Of a DNA stretch of 64,000 bases, positions 27,711 through 36,395 are shown piece by piece; position 1 is the stretch's first letter, and the number at the start of each line of letters is the position of its first letter. The notes beneath the pieces are model-generated. The model had not been told where the DNA came from, did no database searches, and saw only the letters and a list, made by a program, of their open reading frames with translations. The position numbers and the translations under genes were made by a program. This DNA comes from Bryobacterales bacterium. Lineage in GTDB: Bacteria > Acidobacteriota > Terriglobia > Bryobacterales > UBA6623. Where the stretch lies: the NCBI GenBank assembly GCA_965205595.1, contig CBDBHI010000056.1:16832-80831 (forward strand). The letters run 5' to 3'.

Positions 27711-28476
27711 CGCTAAAGTAATTCTACGCTAGGAGATTGGTCGCGCGACTCCTCAGCGGGATCCGTGAGACCTGTCGAACTAGCTCAAGCTAGCCGAATC
27801 GTGCGACGCTACCGCGCGTAGTCAGCCGGCTAGCGAAGCAGGGGACTGGGCGTGAAGGGGACGGGAAGGTATGAAAGAGTTCAGAATCCGGTCGATTTGG
27901 GTCGTCTATGTCCTTTTGAACCAGAGTTGAAGATTCGGGCAAGGCTATTTTTCACACCTTCCGGACCCCTTCACGGCGCAATCGACGCTTAAGAGTCGCC
28001 CTATTGCGAGGCTGTCCCGGATCTCTTCCCCGTCCCGGATCTCCCCGGATCTCCCGTCAAAGCCAACCTTTCGTAGCGAACTGCAACCTGTCCCTTATTT
28101 CCTGGTCTCACGAGCCGATTGCATTCCAGCCTGTCCCTGGAACTTCTATCCTGGAACTTCCGGAGTTTCATTCGAACTGCTGCGCGGTTCGGCTCTTGCG
28201 CACTCGGGACTCGACGACGCTGACGGATCGTAGAATAATCGGATGGTGGTTCGCGTACAATACTGGCTTTTCCGGAAATTCTACGCAGTGCGGTCGAAAT
28301 TACTTCGAGCGAAACGTGGTGACAACGTGGATCCGTTACGTTTTCAGCAAGACTCAAAACGAAGTGGTGCGTTCCGATGGGCGTCCAATCGATCGTCGGC
28401 GGGACTCGTCCAGCTAGCCCGGATCTCCCACAGAATAGATCGATGCGGGCCGGCGTGGTTTTTCCACGGTTGAGCA

Positions 28477-29613
28477 ATGCCAGCCAGGCCTACGAATAGA
28501 GTTGCCCTACGGATTCTCATCGGTGGATCCTGCCTGTTGTTCGGATTGTTCGCTTTTTTCTACGGCCGTGGCGATTTCAGGGAAGGTGACCATGACTTCG
28601 TGATGTTCTACGTCGCGGCTCAGACGGCGGGCGGCAACGACCTGTATCACCCGGATCTCTACCGTCAATTCGAAGCTCGTGCTTTTGACTCCAAGGATCA
28701 GTCGACACTACCGGTGCGCCTCCCGTTTTACTTCTGGATTCTCAAACCTCTGAGTTGGTTTGAGTACCAAGACGCTCATTTGATATGGACGGCCATTCGG
28801 CTGGCGGCAATCGCGTTATTTCTGTGGACGCTGCCGCGGACCTGGCGAGGAGAGGCCGCAATGTTTTCGGCAGCCTCGTTTCCTTTGATGTCGTCTTTCG
28901 CAAGAGGCCATGATTCGGCGCTATTGCCCGCAATCATTGGTCTTTCTATGTTTCTCGATCGCCGAGGCCGCCGCTGTTTGGCGGGTGCTGTTCTAAGCTT
29001 GCTGTCGATTAAGTACCACCTGTTCTTAACCGTGCCCTTGGTGATCGCCGCGCAACGACGCTGGGACCTTGCCAGGGGATTTGCAATCGGAGCAGGGATT
29101 CAGGTCATAGTTTCGTTCTGGATCGCCGGACCCACTTGGCCGCTCGAATACTACGCAATCGTTACCACACCTGCAATCAACTCAAATCCCGTGCTCATGC
29201 CGAACCTCCATGGTTTGGTCGTCGAAGCGCCGGCCTCAAACACGATGGAAGCGCTGCTTGCCGCTATCGTCGCATTCACGACTTGGCGAATTGCTCGGCA
29301 TCGGGGCTTGGCTGAATCACTAGGTTTGGCATTCATCGGGGGCCTGCTAATTAGCTATCACGCTTACCTCCCTGACGCGGTCGTGCTTATTCCAGCGGCC
29401 ATGTTCATCGGGACGAAAATTTCCGGCAGCGCTCTTCATCTAGGAATTACAGTGCTGCTGCTGCACCCCATATGGCTGCTGTTATTGATGGGGCGACCGT
29501 ATTCCTACCTCCCTCAGGTCTCGCTCTTGCTGGCGTTCGCGCTCATCGCCACTAAGTTTTGGCGGCCTGAGAAGACTACGGCAGGAGCGATAGGGTGTGC
29601 GACAGAATTGTGA
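28477..29613 (+). CDS. polytopic membrane glycosyltransferase-like protein (DUF2029 / GT87-like); 3' end fused to an IS remnant
   Basis: About 10 predicted TM segments. The N-terminal DFVMFYVAAQTAGGNDLY resembles the DUF2029 signature. The last 7 codons (29593-29613) lie inside an ISKra4 end remnant. Confidence 0.55.
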   Translation: MPARPTNRVALRILIGGSCLLFGLFAFFYGRGDFREGDHDFVMFYVAAQTAGGNDLYHPDLYRQFEARAFDSKDQSTLPVRLPFYFWILKPLSWFEYQDAHLIWTAIRLAAIALFLWTLPRTWRGEAAMFSAASFPLMSSFARGHDSALLPAIIGLSMFLDRRGRRCLAGAVLSLLSIKYHLFLTVPLVIAAQRRWDLARGFAIGAGIQVIVSFWIAGPTWPLEYYAIVTTPAINSNPVLMPNLHGLVVEAPASNTMEALLAAIVAFTTWRIARHRGLAESLGLAFIGGLLISYHAYLPDAVVLIPAAMFIGTKISGSALHLGITVLLLHPIWLLLLMGRPYSYLPQVSLLLAFALIATKFWRPEKTTAGAIGCATEL

Positions 29614-29644
29614 CGATCAGGCGGCCTTGGTGCGGTTTCCCCAG
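29593..29644. mobile_element. solo end remnant of an ISKra4-type element
   Basis: GGGTGTGCGACAGAATTGTGACGATCAGGCGGCCTTGGTGCGGTTTCCCCA aligns with the right end of the intact element (36372-36422: GGGTGTGCGACAAATCTGTGATGGTCAGGCGGCTTTGACGCGAGTTTCCCA). The aligned stretch includes the terminal repeat and the last transposase codons. Confidence 0.6.
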
Positions 29645-29755
29645 GGAGGCTGAAGGGGACAGACCCGTTCAGCCGCTCGGATCTCCTGTAATTCGCGCTA
29701 CAACTTCTAAATTGCTAACGTTCTAACGTCGGATAACACGTAGCGATTCGCGACG

Positions 29756-30205
29756 ATGCCAACTGAGCGCTTACAAGTCTTCATCGATATTGACGGTACC
29801 ATTCTGTACGATCCGCCGTACGGTGGTGGTAACGATCACCTCGACATGCAGTTGCTCTGCGCCGGGATCGAAGAGTTTCTCGAAGTTTGCGTTGAGAATT
29901 GCGAACCGTACTGGCTGAGTTATCGCACGCACCAGGGCAGTATTGATGCGCTCGAAGAGCGGCTCTTCCCGCACCTTCCCGATGTCGCCCGCAAGATCCC
30001 AGCCGTCTATTGGGACGAATGGAAAAGTGAGGCTGTCGACCCCGATCGTCCTTTCGTCTGGTCCGAGGATGGACTTGAAGATGAGTGCGAGGCCTGGCTG
30101 TCAAGCCGCGGGCTGCTCGTCAATTACTTCGAGCTTGATCGGACTTGCCCGGATAATCCGGGGCTTATGCTGGAGCATCTCAAACAGCGCCTCCAAACAC
30201 GCTGA
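29756..30205 (+). CDS. hypothetical protein with HAD-like DxDGT start motif
   Basis: 149-aa ORF. VFIDIDGTIL resembles HAD motif I; I recognise no further motifs. Confidence 0.4.
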   Translation: MPTERLQVFIDIDGTILYDPPYGGGNDHLDMQLLCAGIEEFLEVCVENCEPYWLSYRTHQGSIDALEERLFPHLPDVARKIPAVYWDEWKSEAVDPDRPFVWSEDGLEDECEAWLSSRGLLVNYFELDRTCPDNPGLMLEHLKQRLQTR

Positions 30206-30270
30206 TGAATATCAACAGGGAGTGACCGCGAATTCTCAGGGTAGTGATTCGATTGCTTTGGCGGCGCTGG

Positions 30271-31617
30271 TCAGTCGCTGAACTGACTCAACCATTTCTC
30301 GAAACTCGCTTCGAGCTGAGCGATCAGCTTTGGCTGTTGGCTCGCTAGGTTGTTGGTCTCCGCAACGTCCGCTGCGACGTCGAACAGTTGGAACGGTTTA
30401 TCCGGCGCCTCGCGCAGAATTTTGTGGCGTCCGTTGCGAACGGCGCTGTACCCTCGGTAGTGCCAGAAGATTGATCGCGGCGGTGCTTGTTGCTCGCCGG
30501 CCCAAACTGAGCCGACGTCGATGCCGTCAAGTTTCGCGCTGGCCGGAACCTGTCCACCGCCGGCGGCGACTAGCGTTGGCAAGATGTCGAGGCTGATGGA
30601 CGGTTCGCTGACAATCGACCCGGCGCGGATCCTACCTGGGTGGCGTACCATCGCCGCAACCCGAATGCCGCCCTCCCACAATGTATTGCCGCCTTCGCGC
30701 AATGGCTCGTTTGTCGCTACTTCGAGACCGGTGCCCGTCCTCATGAACGCGCCGTTGTCTGAGTAAAAAAGCACTATCGTGTTCGAGGCCAGGTCAAGAG
30801 CATCGAGTTGCGCCAACACTCGTCCGACGCCATCGTCTAGTGCGGTCACCGTCGCCTGATATCGCTTCCGTTCGTCCATGGTGTCGGGACGGTAGCCGTA
30901 TTGAAAAAAGAAGCGGGGTGGCGCCTGCCAGATGTTTGGCTCATCCGGGCGCTTATTGCGGGCCTTGGGGTAGTGCACGGCGCTGAACGGTAGATAGACG
31001 AAAAACGGATCGTTCTTGTGGCGGCGCATGAAGTCATTTGCGGCTTCAGCGAAAAGATCTGTCGAATAACCGGAAACGTATGCAGGCTCGACGCCTCGGT
31101 AAAGATCGTGCTCGCCGGAATAGACGTGCGTGTAGTAGTCCGCATTGCCGCTTCGAATTCCCAAAAATTCATCGAAACCGCGCTCGGTTGGGCGGCTACC
31201 GGGAGCGAATCCGATATTCCACTTGCCAAAGCAGGCCGTCGCGTAACCGAGCGGCTTGAGGTAGGCGGGGATGAGCTTTTCACTGTGCGGAAGACCGATG
31301 CCGCGCTGGTTCTCCTCAACATCGAGCTGGTGGTTGAGTCCGATGCGCTGAGGGTAGCGCCCAGTCAGCAGCGTGGCGCGGGACACGGTACAGGTCGCCC
31401 CGGCCGTGTAGAAAGACGTCAATCGCGCGCCCTGGCCGGCAAGTCGATCGAGGTTTGGCGTCAGATTGGCGCGGTTCCCGAAGCTGCCAAGATCGCCATA
31501 GCCGAGATTGTCGGCCGTGATCAGAAGAATATTCGGCGCATGATCGGCGGCGCGGACTTGCGCTGCCGCGAGTAGAAGAATTACTAAGGCGAAACCGGCG
31601 GTCACTGACGTTCGCAT
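30271..31617 (-). CDS. sulfatase with non-canonical C-T-V-S-R active-site motif
   Basis: Signal peptide, PNILLITADNLGYGDLG, and ATCTVSRATLLTGR. The codons TGT ACC GTG TCC CGC were read from 31378-31392 on the minus strand. Confidence 0.85.
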   Translation of the reverse strand: MRTSVTAGFALVILLLAAAQVRAADHAPNILLITADNLGYGDLGSFGNRANLTPNLDRLAGQGARLTSFYTAGATCTVSRATLLTGRYPQRIGLNHQLDVEENQRGIGLPHSEKLIPAYLKPLGYATACFGKWNIGFAPGSRPTERGFDEFLGIRSGNADYYTHVYSGEHDLYRGVEPAYVSGYSTDLFAEAANDFMRRHKNDPFFVYLPFSAVHYPKARNKRPDEPNIWQAPPRFFFQYGYRPDTMDERKRYQATVTALDDGVGRVLAQLDALDLASNTIVLFYSDNGAFMRTGTGLEVATNEPLREGGNTLWEGGIRVAAMVRHPGRIRAGSIVSEPSISLDILPTLVAAGGGQVPASAKLDGIDVGSVWAGEQQAPPRSIFWHYRGYSAVRNGRHKILREAPDKPFQLFDVAADVAETNNLASQQPKLIAQLEASFEKWLSQFSD

Positions 31618-31664
31618 GAAAACCAGACTATATCAACGCGCAATGATTGCGGGATGACTGCGGG

Positions 31665-32201
31665 CTAAAAGCCCTCAAGAAGCGCTGAGACTAGCGTTCT
31701 TGCCATCGATTGGCTGGCCCGCCGTAGCGCGGCGCCGCGCTCCTCGATAAAGGCGTCGGGGTCCGCACTCACCTCGTAATTCTCGCGTTGTTCGAGATTA
31801 GGGTTTAGATAAAGTGAACGGCCCTGCCGACGATCCCACAAATCCACATGCACGCGCGTTATTGTCGTCACACTCGTTGCGCGACTCGTAACCGGATCGA
31901 AGTTTTGCGGGATCACGTCGAACGTGACAACGGTGCCTCGCAGCAGCGCGTCGGCATTGTTTTCGTCGCTAACCACGCTGTATCGAGTGCGGCTAATAAA
32001 TTCTCGGACGACCGCCTGCGTCAAGTACTGCTCAATCTTGAATTCCGTTGTGGCGTTAGTGAAGGCCGGTATAGCAATCGTCTGAATGTTGTCGGGCAAG
32101 GTATCGGCCTTCCCCGCGAGGTGATACCCGCACGATGTGCAAAACGCGAGCGCGCTGATCAGGGGCCAACCCACTCGCATCGTTATCGTCGAGACCATCA
32201 A
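31665..32201 (-). CDS. lptE: LPS-assembly lipoprotein LptE-like
   Basis: Lipobox ...FCTSCGYHL, a size of about 175 aa, and the pattern IAIPAFTN.T....IEQYLT.AV..EF are typical of LptE/RlpB. Confidence 0.65.
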   Translation of the reverse strand: MMVSTITMRVGWPLISALAFCTSCGYHLAGKADTLPDNIQTIAIPAFTNATTEFKIEQYLTQAVVREFISRTRYSVVSDENNADALLRGTVVTFDVIPQNFDPVTSRATSVTTITRVHVDLWDRRQGRSLYLNPNLEQRENYEVSADPDAFIEERGAALRRASQSMARTLVSALLEGF

Positions 32202-32207
32202 TTCACT

Positions 32208-33077
32208 CTACGCGGGGGTTTCGGGAGTGGGTGCCGGCGGATCTTTGGCGTGAGCGAACGTTCGCCTCCGTAGCCCGGCGATGCGTGTCACGATGCCGCT
32301 GAGCACGAACGTGGCAGCCATGGTAAGAAGCACGGGCCTGGAGAAATTCCAAATCAGGAAGATCATCGTCGCGAAAAACACCACGCCTAGGGTCGGCTTC
32401 TGCATGAAGTTCATGTCTTTGAAGCTGCGGTAGCGCCAGCCCGAAATCATCAGCGCGCCCAAGCACGCGATTAGAGCACACCACAGCACGCCCCATGGCC
32501 ACCAAGAATCGATCGGATACCCCGAGCGGACGTGGACGATCGCAGCCAGTAAGCCGGCGGCCGGCGGAATCGGCAATCCGACGAAATACTTTCTGTCGGG
32601 TCTACCAGGGTTCTTCGGCCGAGGGTTCTTCTGGACATTGAAGCGGGCGAGCCGCGCCGCGCCGCAGGTCAAGAATAAGAACGTACAAAGATATCCAATT
32701 GGCCGCAGCAGCTCACCGAACAGCAAGCCCTCTTCGAACGCGAGTCCGCGCATGCCCCAGGCAAACGCGAGGGCGGCGGGAGCGGCGCCGAAGGTAATGC
32801 AATCGGCCAGCGAATCGAGCTCAGCGCCAAATTCGCTAGTCGATTTCGTCATGCGCGCAATGCGTCCATCAAGGCCGTCGGTAAACACAGCGATGCCGAT
32901 GGAAATAGCGGCAAAATCGAAGAATTGCGCGGCCTGCGCGGCTTCCGACACCGGCAGGGCAGTCGCCTGCAACGTCTTCATCAGGGTGTAGTAGCCGCAA
33001 AACAACGTGCCGACCGTAAATAACGTCGGCAACGCATATGACGGAGTGTCGGGTTTTCGTCTACGAATTCTCATCAC
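32208..33077 (-). CDS. pssA: CDP-diacylglycerol--serine O-phosphatidyltransferase
   Basis: CDP-alcohol phosphatidyltransferase motif DGLDGRIAR....S.FGAELDSLAD. Multi-TM. The apparent GTG start at 33077 has an ATG alternative at 33074. Confidence 0.88.
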   Translation of the reverse strand: MMRIRRRKPDTPSYALPTLFTVGTLFCGYYTLMKTLQATALPVSEAAQAAQFFDFAAISIGIAVFTDGLDGRIARMTKSTSEFGAELDSLADCITFGAAPAALAFAWGMRGLAFEEGLLFGELLRPIGYLCTFLFLTCGAARLARFNVQKNPRPKNPGRPDRKYFVGLPIPPAAGLLAAIVHVRSGYPIDSWWPWGVLWCALIACLGALMISGWRYRSFKDMNFMQKPTLGVVFFATMIFLIWNFSRPVLLTMAATFVLSGIVTRIAGLRRRTFAHAKDPPAPTPETPA

Positions 33078-33733
33078 TATGGCGAACCCTTTTTCGTGGC
33101 CAAGATTGAACTGCCTCCCTCCACTCGATCACCGATGGAGACATTTATTTTCCACTCGGGACCCAAAAAAACGTCGGTTCGTGAGCCGAACTTAATCAGC
33201 CCGAAGCGTTCTCCTTTTGCAATTCGATCGCCGACCTTGTTATTGCATACGATGCGGCGGGCGATCAAGCCGGCGATTTGCCTGACCTCCACTGTGCTCT
33301 TGGTAGTTACGGGGCTGTCGTCGATCTGTTCCTCAATAACGACGGTGTTTTGTTCATTGTTGGACGAGGCCAATTCCTTGTGCGCCATTAGGAAGCTGCC
33401 ACGCTGATATTCGACTGACTTCACCGTACCGGCGATTGGTGAGCGGTTCACATGAACGTCGAAAATGTTCAGAAAAATACTGATACGGGTGCGGCCGTCA
33501 GCGATTTCTCGAATGTGAACCACCTTGCCGTCAGCGGGTGAAACGCACACAGGCCCATCGGGGATGACCCGGTCGGGATCGCGAAAAAAGTAAAGACAAA
33601 AGGCGCCGAAGACGATAAAAGGCGTGGCCGAGATGGGGTGCATCAAGTAGGCGACAACGATAGCGCCAGCGGCGCACCCTATCGCGTAATAGATGCCGTC
33701 TTTGACCATAATGGCGCTAGCAGCCCGCGGCAA
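33077..33733 (-). CDS. psd: phosphatidylserine decarboxylase proenzyme (short form)
   Basis: FLNIFDVHVNRSP and the self-cleavage region GLIKFGSRTDVFL (G-S-R). It is adjacent to and overlaps pssA. Confidence 0.88.
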   Translation of the reverse strand: MPRAASAIMVKDGIYYAIGCAAGAIVVAYLMHPISATPFIVFGAFCLYFFRDPDRVIPDGPVCVSPADGKVVHIREIADGRTRISIFLNIFDVHVNRSPIAGTVKSVEYQRGSFLMAHKELASSNNEQNTVVIEEQIDDSPVTTKSTVEVRQIAGLIARRIVCNNKVGDRIAKGERFGLIKFGSRTDVFLGPEWKINVSIGDRVEGGSSILATKKGSP

Positions 33734-33860
33734 AAGTCACACGGGCCGCTAGGGTAAACGTCTATTGTGGCTGATCGGCGATTTGCCGGACCGGCTTACA
33801 AATGGCTGCGGTCAATCAAATAATGACGATGGCGGCACGCGCGTGATGCTCCCGGTCACC

Positions 33861-34094
33861 CTAAGTGACGCTAGCCGGGTGCTGATCTACGATTTGCTGC
33901 ATTTGGTCTTTAAGGTTGAGTTTAAGTTTCTTCAGGCGGGCTTCTTCGGTTTGCTCTTCTTGGGAGGGGAATCGGCGTTCACGAAGTTGGTTGAGGCGGC
34001 GCTCATAGTCGGCGTGCTGGTGCTTGAGTTTACGGAACTCCGGGTTCGATTCCATCAACTCGGCGGTTACCTTTACTGACTCGGGTATTTCCAT
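33861..34094 (-). CDS. DUF465 (YdcH-like) small coiled-coil protein
   Basis: NPEFRKLKHQHADYERRLNQL....P...E..E...LKK.KL.LKD.M is the DUF465 pattern. Confidence 0.75.
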   Translation of the reverse strand: MEIPESVKVTAELMESNPEFRKLKHQHADYERRLNQLRERRFPSQEEQTEEARLKKLKLNLKDQMQQIVDQHPASVT

Positions 34095-34255
34095 CGGGTA
34101 CGACCTCCTCCTGCGGGGTTGAAGATCCTACGAAGCCACTCGCTAGAGCTCGAAATTGTTCGTGCTGTGGGGTGCGGCGGCTGCCGTAGAGTGCGCGGAT
34201 TTGTCATCCAGTGCGGGATTTACTCTATCAAAGTTACGAGCGCGTTGCAATGGGA

Positions 34256-35866
34256 CGTCTTGTCCAATACAAGATGAGCCTGAAGGGGAGGGCGATTCCA
34301 ATACAAGATGAGCCTGACGGGGATCCGTTGGGTGGTCAGGAACAGAGCAGCTGCGGGCGATGGGAGTCGCCGTGCAGCAAGCCGAATCGCTGAGTCTGGA
34401 GCAGATCGAGTGTTTTCTCGACGGGTGCCAATCCGTCGCCTTCGAGGGCGGCAATCGAAGCGACAAATATGCGCTCGTCGAAAGCGTCTTGAAGCGGCAT
34501 CACTATGCCGACCAGAAGCGCTCCGTCAAGGGTCTCCTGCGGCGTTATCTCGCTAAGCTCACGGGCTTAAGCCGCGCGCAACTCACCCGCCTGATCGGAC
34601 AGTTCTTGCACACGCGTTGCGTCCGTCCGAGGGCCTATCGGCGGCGCCGTTTTCCCAGCAAGTACACACGCGCCGACAGCGTCTTACTGGCGCACGTCGA
34701 TCGAGTTCATCAGCGCCTCTCGGGGCCGGCCACCCGCCGCATTCTCCAACGCGAGTTCCAGATCTACGGCCGCAAAGAGTTTCGACGCCTGGCCGAATTG
34801 TCCGTGGGCCAGCTGTACAACTTGCGAAAAAGAGCCGTCTACCAACGTCACAGTTTGCATCTCGACAAGACCCGTCCCACGCCCGTTGCGATCGGCGAAC
34901 GCCGCCAACCCGAGCCGCGAGGACGTCCGGGCTACCTGCGCATCGACACCGTGCACTCGCCCGAACAGGAAGGCGAAAAAGGCGCCTACAGCATCAATGT
35001 GGTCGACGAAGTGACGCAGTGGCAGGCCGTCGGCTGCGTCCAACGCATCAACGAAAACCACCTCATTCCCTTGCTGGAAGGCCTTTTGGAACAATTTCCA
35101 TTTATCGTTCGCGGCTTTCACTCCGACAATGGCAGCGAATTCGTCAACCATCAAACCGCTAAACTGCTCGAGAAGTTGCGAATTGAATTTACGAAGTCTC
35201 GCGCGCGCCGTTCGAACGACAATGCCTTGGTCGAAACCAAGAACGGCGCGGTGGTGCGCAAGTGGATGGGCTACCAGTTTTTGCCCTCGGAAGCGACGCA
35301 GGCGATCGACACCTTCTACCGCCAGTGGCTCAACCCGTACTTGAATTTTCATCGCCCATGCGCTTTCGCCAGCGAGCGCCGAGACCGCCGCGGCAAGTTG
35401 CGCAAGGTGTACGCCGAGTGGAGCACGCCGTGGGAAAAGCTGCTCAGCCTGCCCGCCGAGCAGCGCGGCCTGCGCGCGGATCGCTCGCTCAAGAAGCTCC
35501 AAGCGCGAGCGGACACTTGTTCCGACACCGAGTTTGCCGAGCAACTCGACGCTCAGCGCAACGAACTGCAACGCGTCTGCAAAGACCTCGCGATCTGCTG
35601 GCGCACGCGCTAGACAACGCCCCGACCCGAGGCGTTGTCGGCTCCTCCGGCCCACGTCCGAAGACGGCCGTGGGGTCTCGCCTGGGATGGCTGCAAAGGG
35701 GGACTGGGGCTGCCGCCCCTTCCCCCTTATGCAATCCCCCTCACCCCGCCCTACGGGCCCCACAACGGGCTTCAACCTCAAGCCCCAATCCGAGCTATAA
35801 TCCCTCCTGCCCACAGCTACCTTCGCCTGCCTCCTTCAGGCTCATCTTTCGATCGGAAAAGAGGGG
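34256..35866 (+). mobile_element. rve-type IS (IS481/ISNCY-like), copy 1
   Basis: The left end has two direct CCAATACAAGATGAGCCTGA(A/C)GG repeats. The right end carries CCTTCAGGCTCATCTTTCGATCGGAAAAGA, its inverted counterpart. The ends are defined by comparison with copy 2 (56715-58326), to within about 5 bp. I could not identify a target duplication. Confidence 0.7.
34360..35613 (+). CDS. DDE integrase-core (rve) transposase, intact
   Basis: D...D...E context: YLRIDTVH, GFHSDNGSEFVN, NALVETKNG. 417 aa. Confidence 0.85.
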   Translation: MGVAVQQAESLSLEQIECFLDGCQSVAFEGGNRSDKYALVESVLKRHHYADQKRSVKGLLRRYLAKLTGLSRAQLTRLIGQFLHTRCVRPRAYRRRRFPSKYTRADSVLLAHVDRVHQRLSGPATRRILQREFQIYGRKEFRRLAELSVGQLYNLRKRAVYQRHSLHLDKTRPTPVAIGERRQPEPRGRPGYLRIDTVHSPEQEGEKGAYSINVVDEVTQWQAVGCVQRINENHLIPLLEGLLEQFPFIVRGFHSDNGSEFVNHQTAKLLEKLRIEFTKSRARRSNDNALVETKNGAVVRKWMGYQFLPSEATQAIDTFYRQWLNPYLNFHRPCAFASERRDRRGKLRKVYAEWSTPWEKLLSLPAEQRGLRADRSLKKLQARADTCSDTEFAEQLDAQRNELQRVCKDLAICWRTR

Positions 35867-35884
35867 GACGCTGGTACGCAGGCG

Positions 35885-36343
35885 TTACTCTGGCGTCATG
35901 GGCTCAATGTCATGACTAAGGCGTTGTCCGGTGGGTTGGAGTAATAGGCGGTACGCCGAGCCTCTACTTTGAATCCCAGGCGCTTGTAGAAACGCACGGC
36001 GGGCTCGTTGCGCTCTCGTACCCTCTAAGTGAACGGCGGCCGTGCGCCGCCCGACAGCGCTCACGAGCAGCGTGCCAACACCGCTCCGTCGTGATTCTTG
36101 GGCCACCGCCAGATTGAGGATCTCCTGTTCGCCGACAGTGTCAAGCGTGACGGCAAATCCAACGACCTCGTCCAAATGCACGGCCACTAAAACTGAGTAT
36201 CGGCTGGCGGACTCCAGTAGTGTCTGGCGATACCAATCAGATGACCACTGCGAGGCCTCAGGCGCCCCTCGCTGGATGCGAATGATTGCGTTGAGATCCT
36301 CTGAGTTCGCGGATCTGATAGTGGTCGCTAAGGCGGTCTGCAA
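35885..36343 (-). pseudogene. GNAT (RimI-like) N-acetyltransferase with a +1 frameshift near 36021-36023
   Basis: The N-terminal 100 aa look normal (motif A QESRRSGVGTLL). After ...AAVHLE the ORF-track frame becomes non-GNAT. The adjacent frame reads VRERNEPAVRFYKRLGFKVEARRTAYYSNPPDNALVMTLSP*, the expected GNAT C-terminus, ending at 35896. Confidence 0.7.
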
Positions 36344-36395
36344 TCTATTGTCCTGACTCTAGAGTTCGAGCGGGTGTGCGACAAATCTGTGATGG

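Noticed and set aside
28016-28054. Tandem CCCGGATCTC(C/T) repeats as a possible CRISPR array
   Set aside because: There are only three 10-11-nt units spaced 6-7 nt apart. There are no 25-40-nt repeats with unique spacers and no cas genes, so it is not a CRISPR array.
28001-28477. 158-aa minus-strand ORF and overlapping 137-aa plus-strand ORF in the 27.7-28.5 kb gap
   Set aside because: They have no recognisable motifs, they mutually overlap, and the region is full of short repeats. I treat it as non-coding but flag it as a finding.
34041-34052. GGGTTCGATTCC, a tRNA T-loop-like string
   Set aside because: The flanking bases cannot form a T-stem or the rest of a cloverleaf, and the site lies inside the DUF465 coding region. 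I found no tRNA or rRNA in the window.
34684-35814. 376-aa minus-strand ORF (and its twin 57029..58195)
   Set aside because: Both are antisense to the two rve transposase genes. They are duplicated only because the IS is duplicated, and I recognise no motifs.
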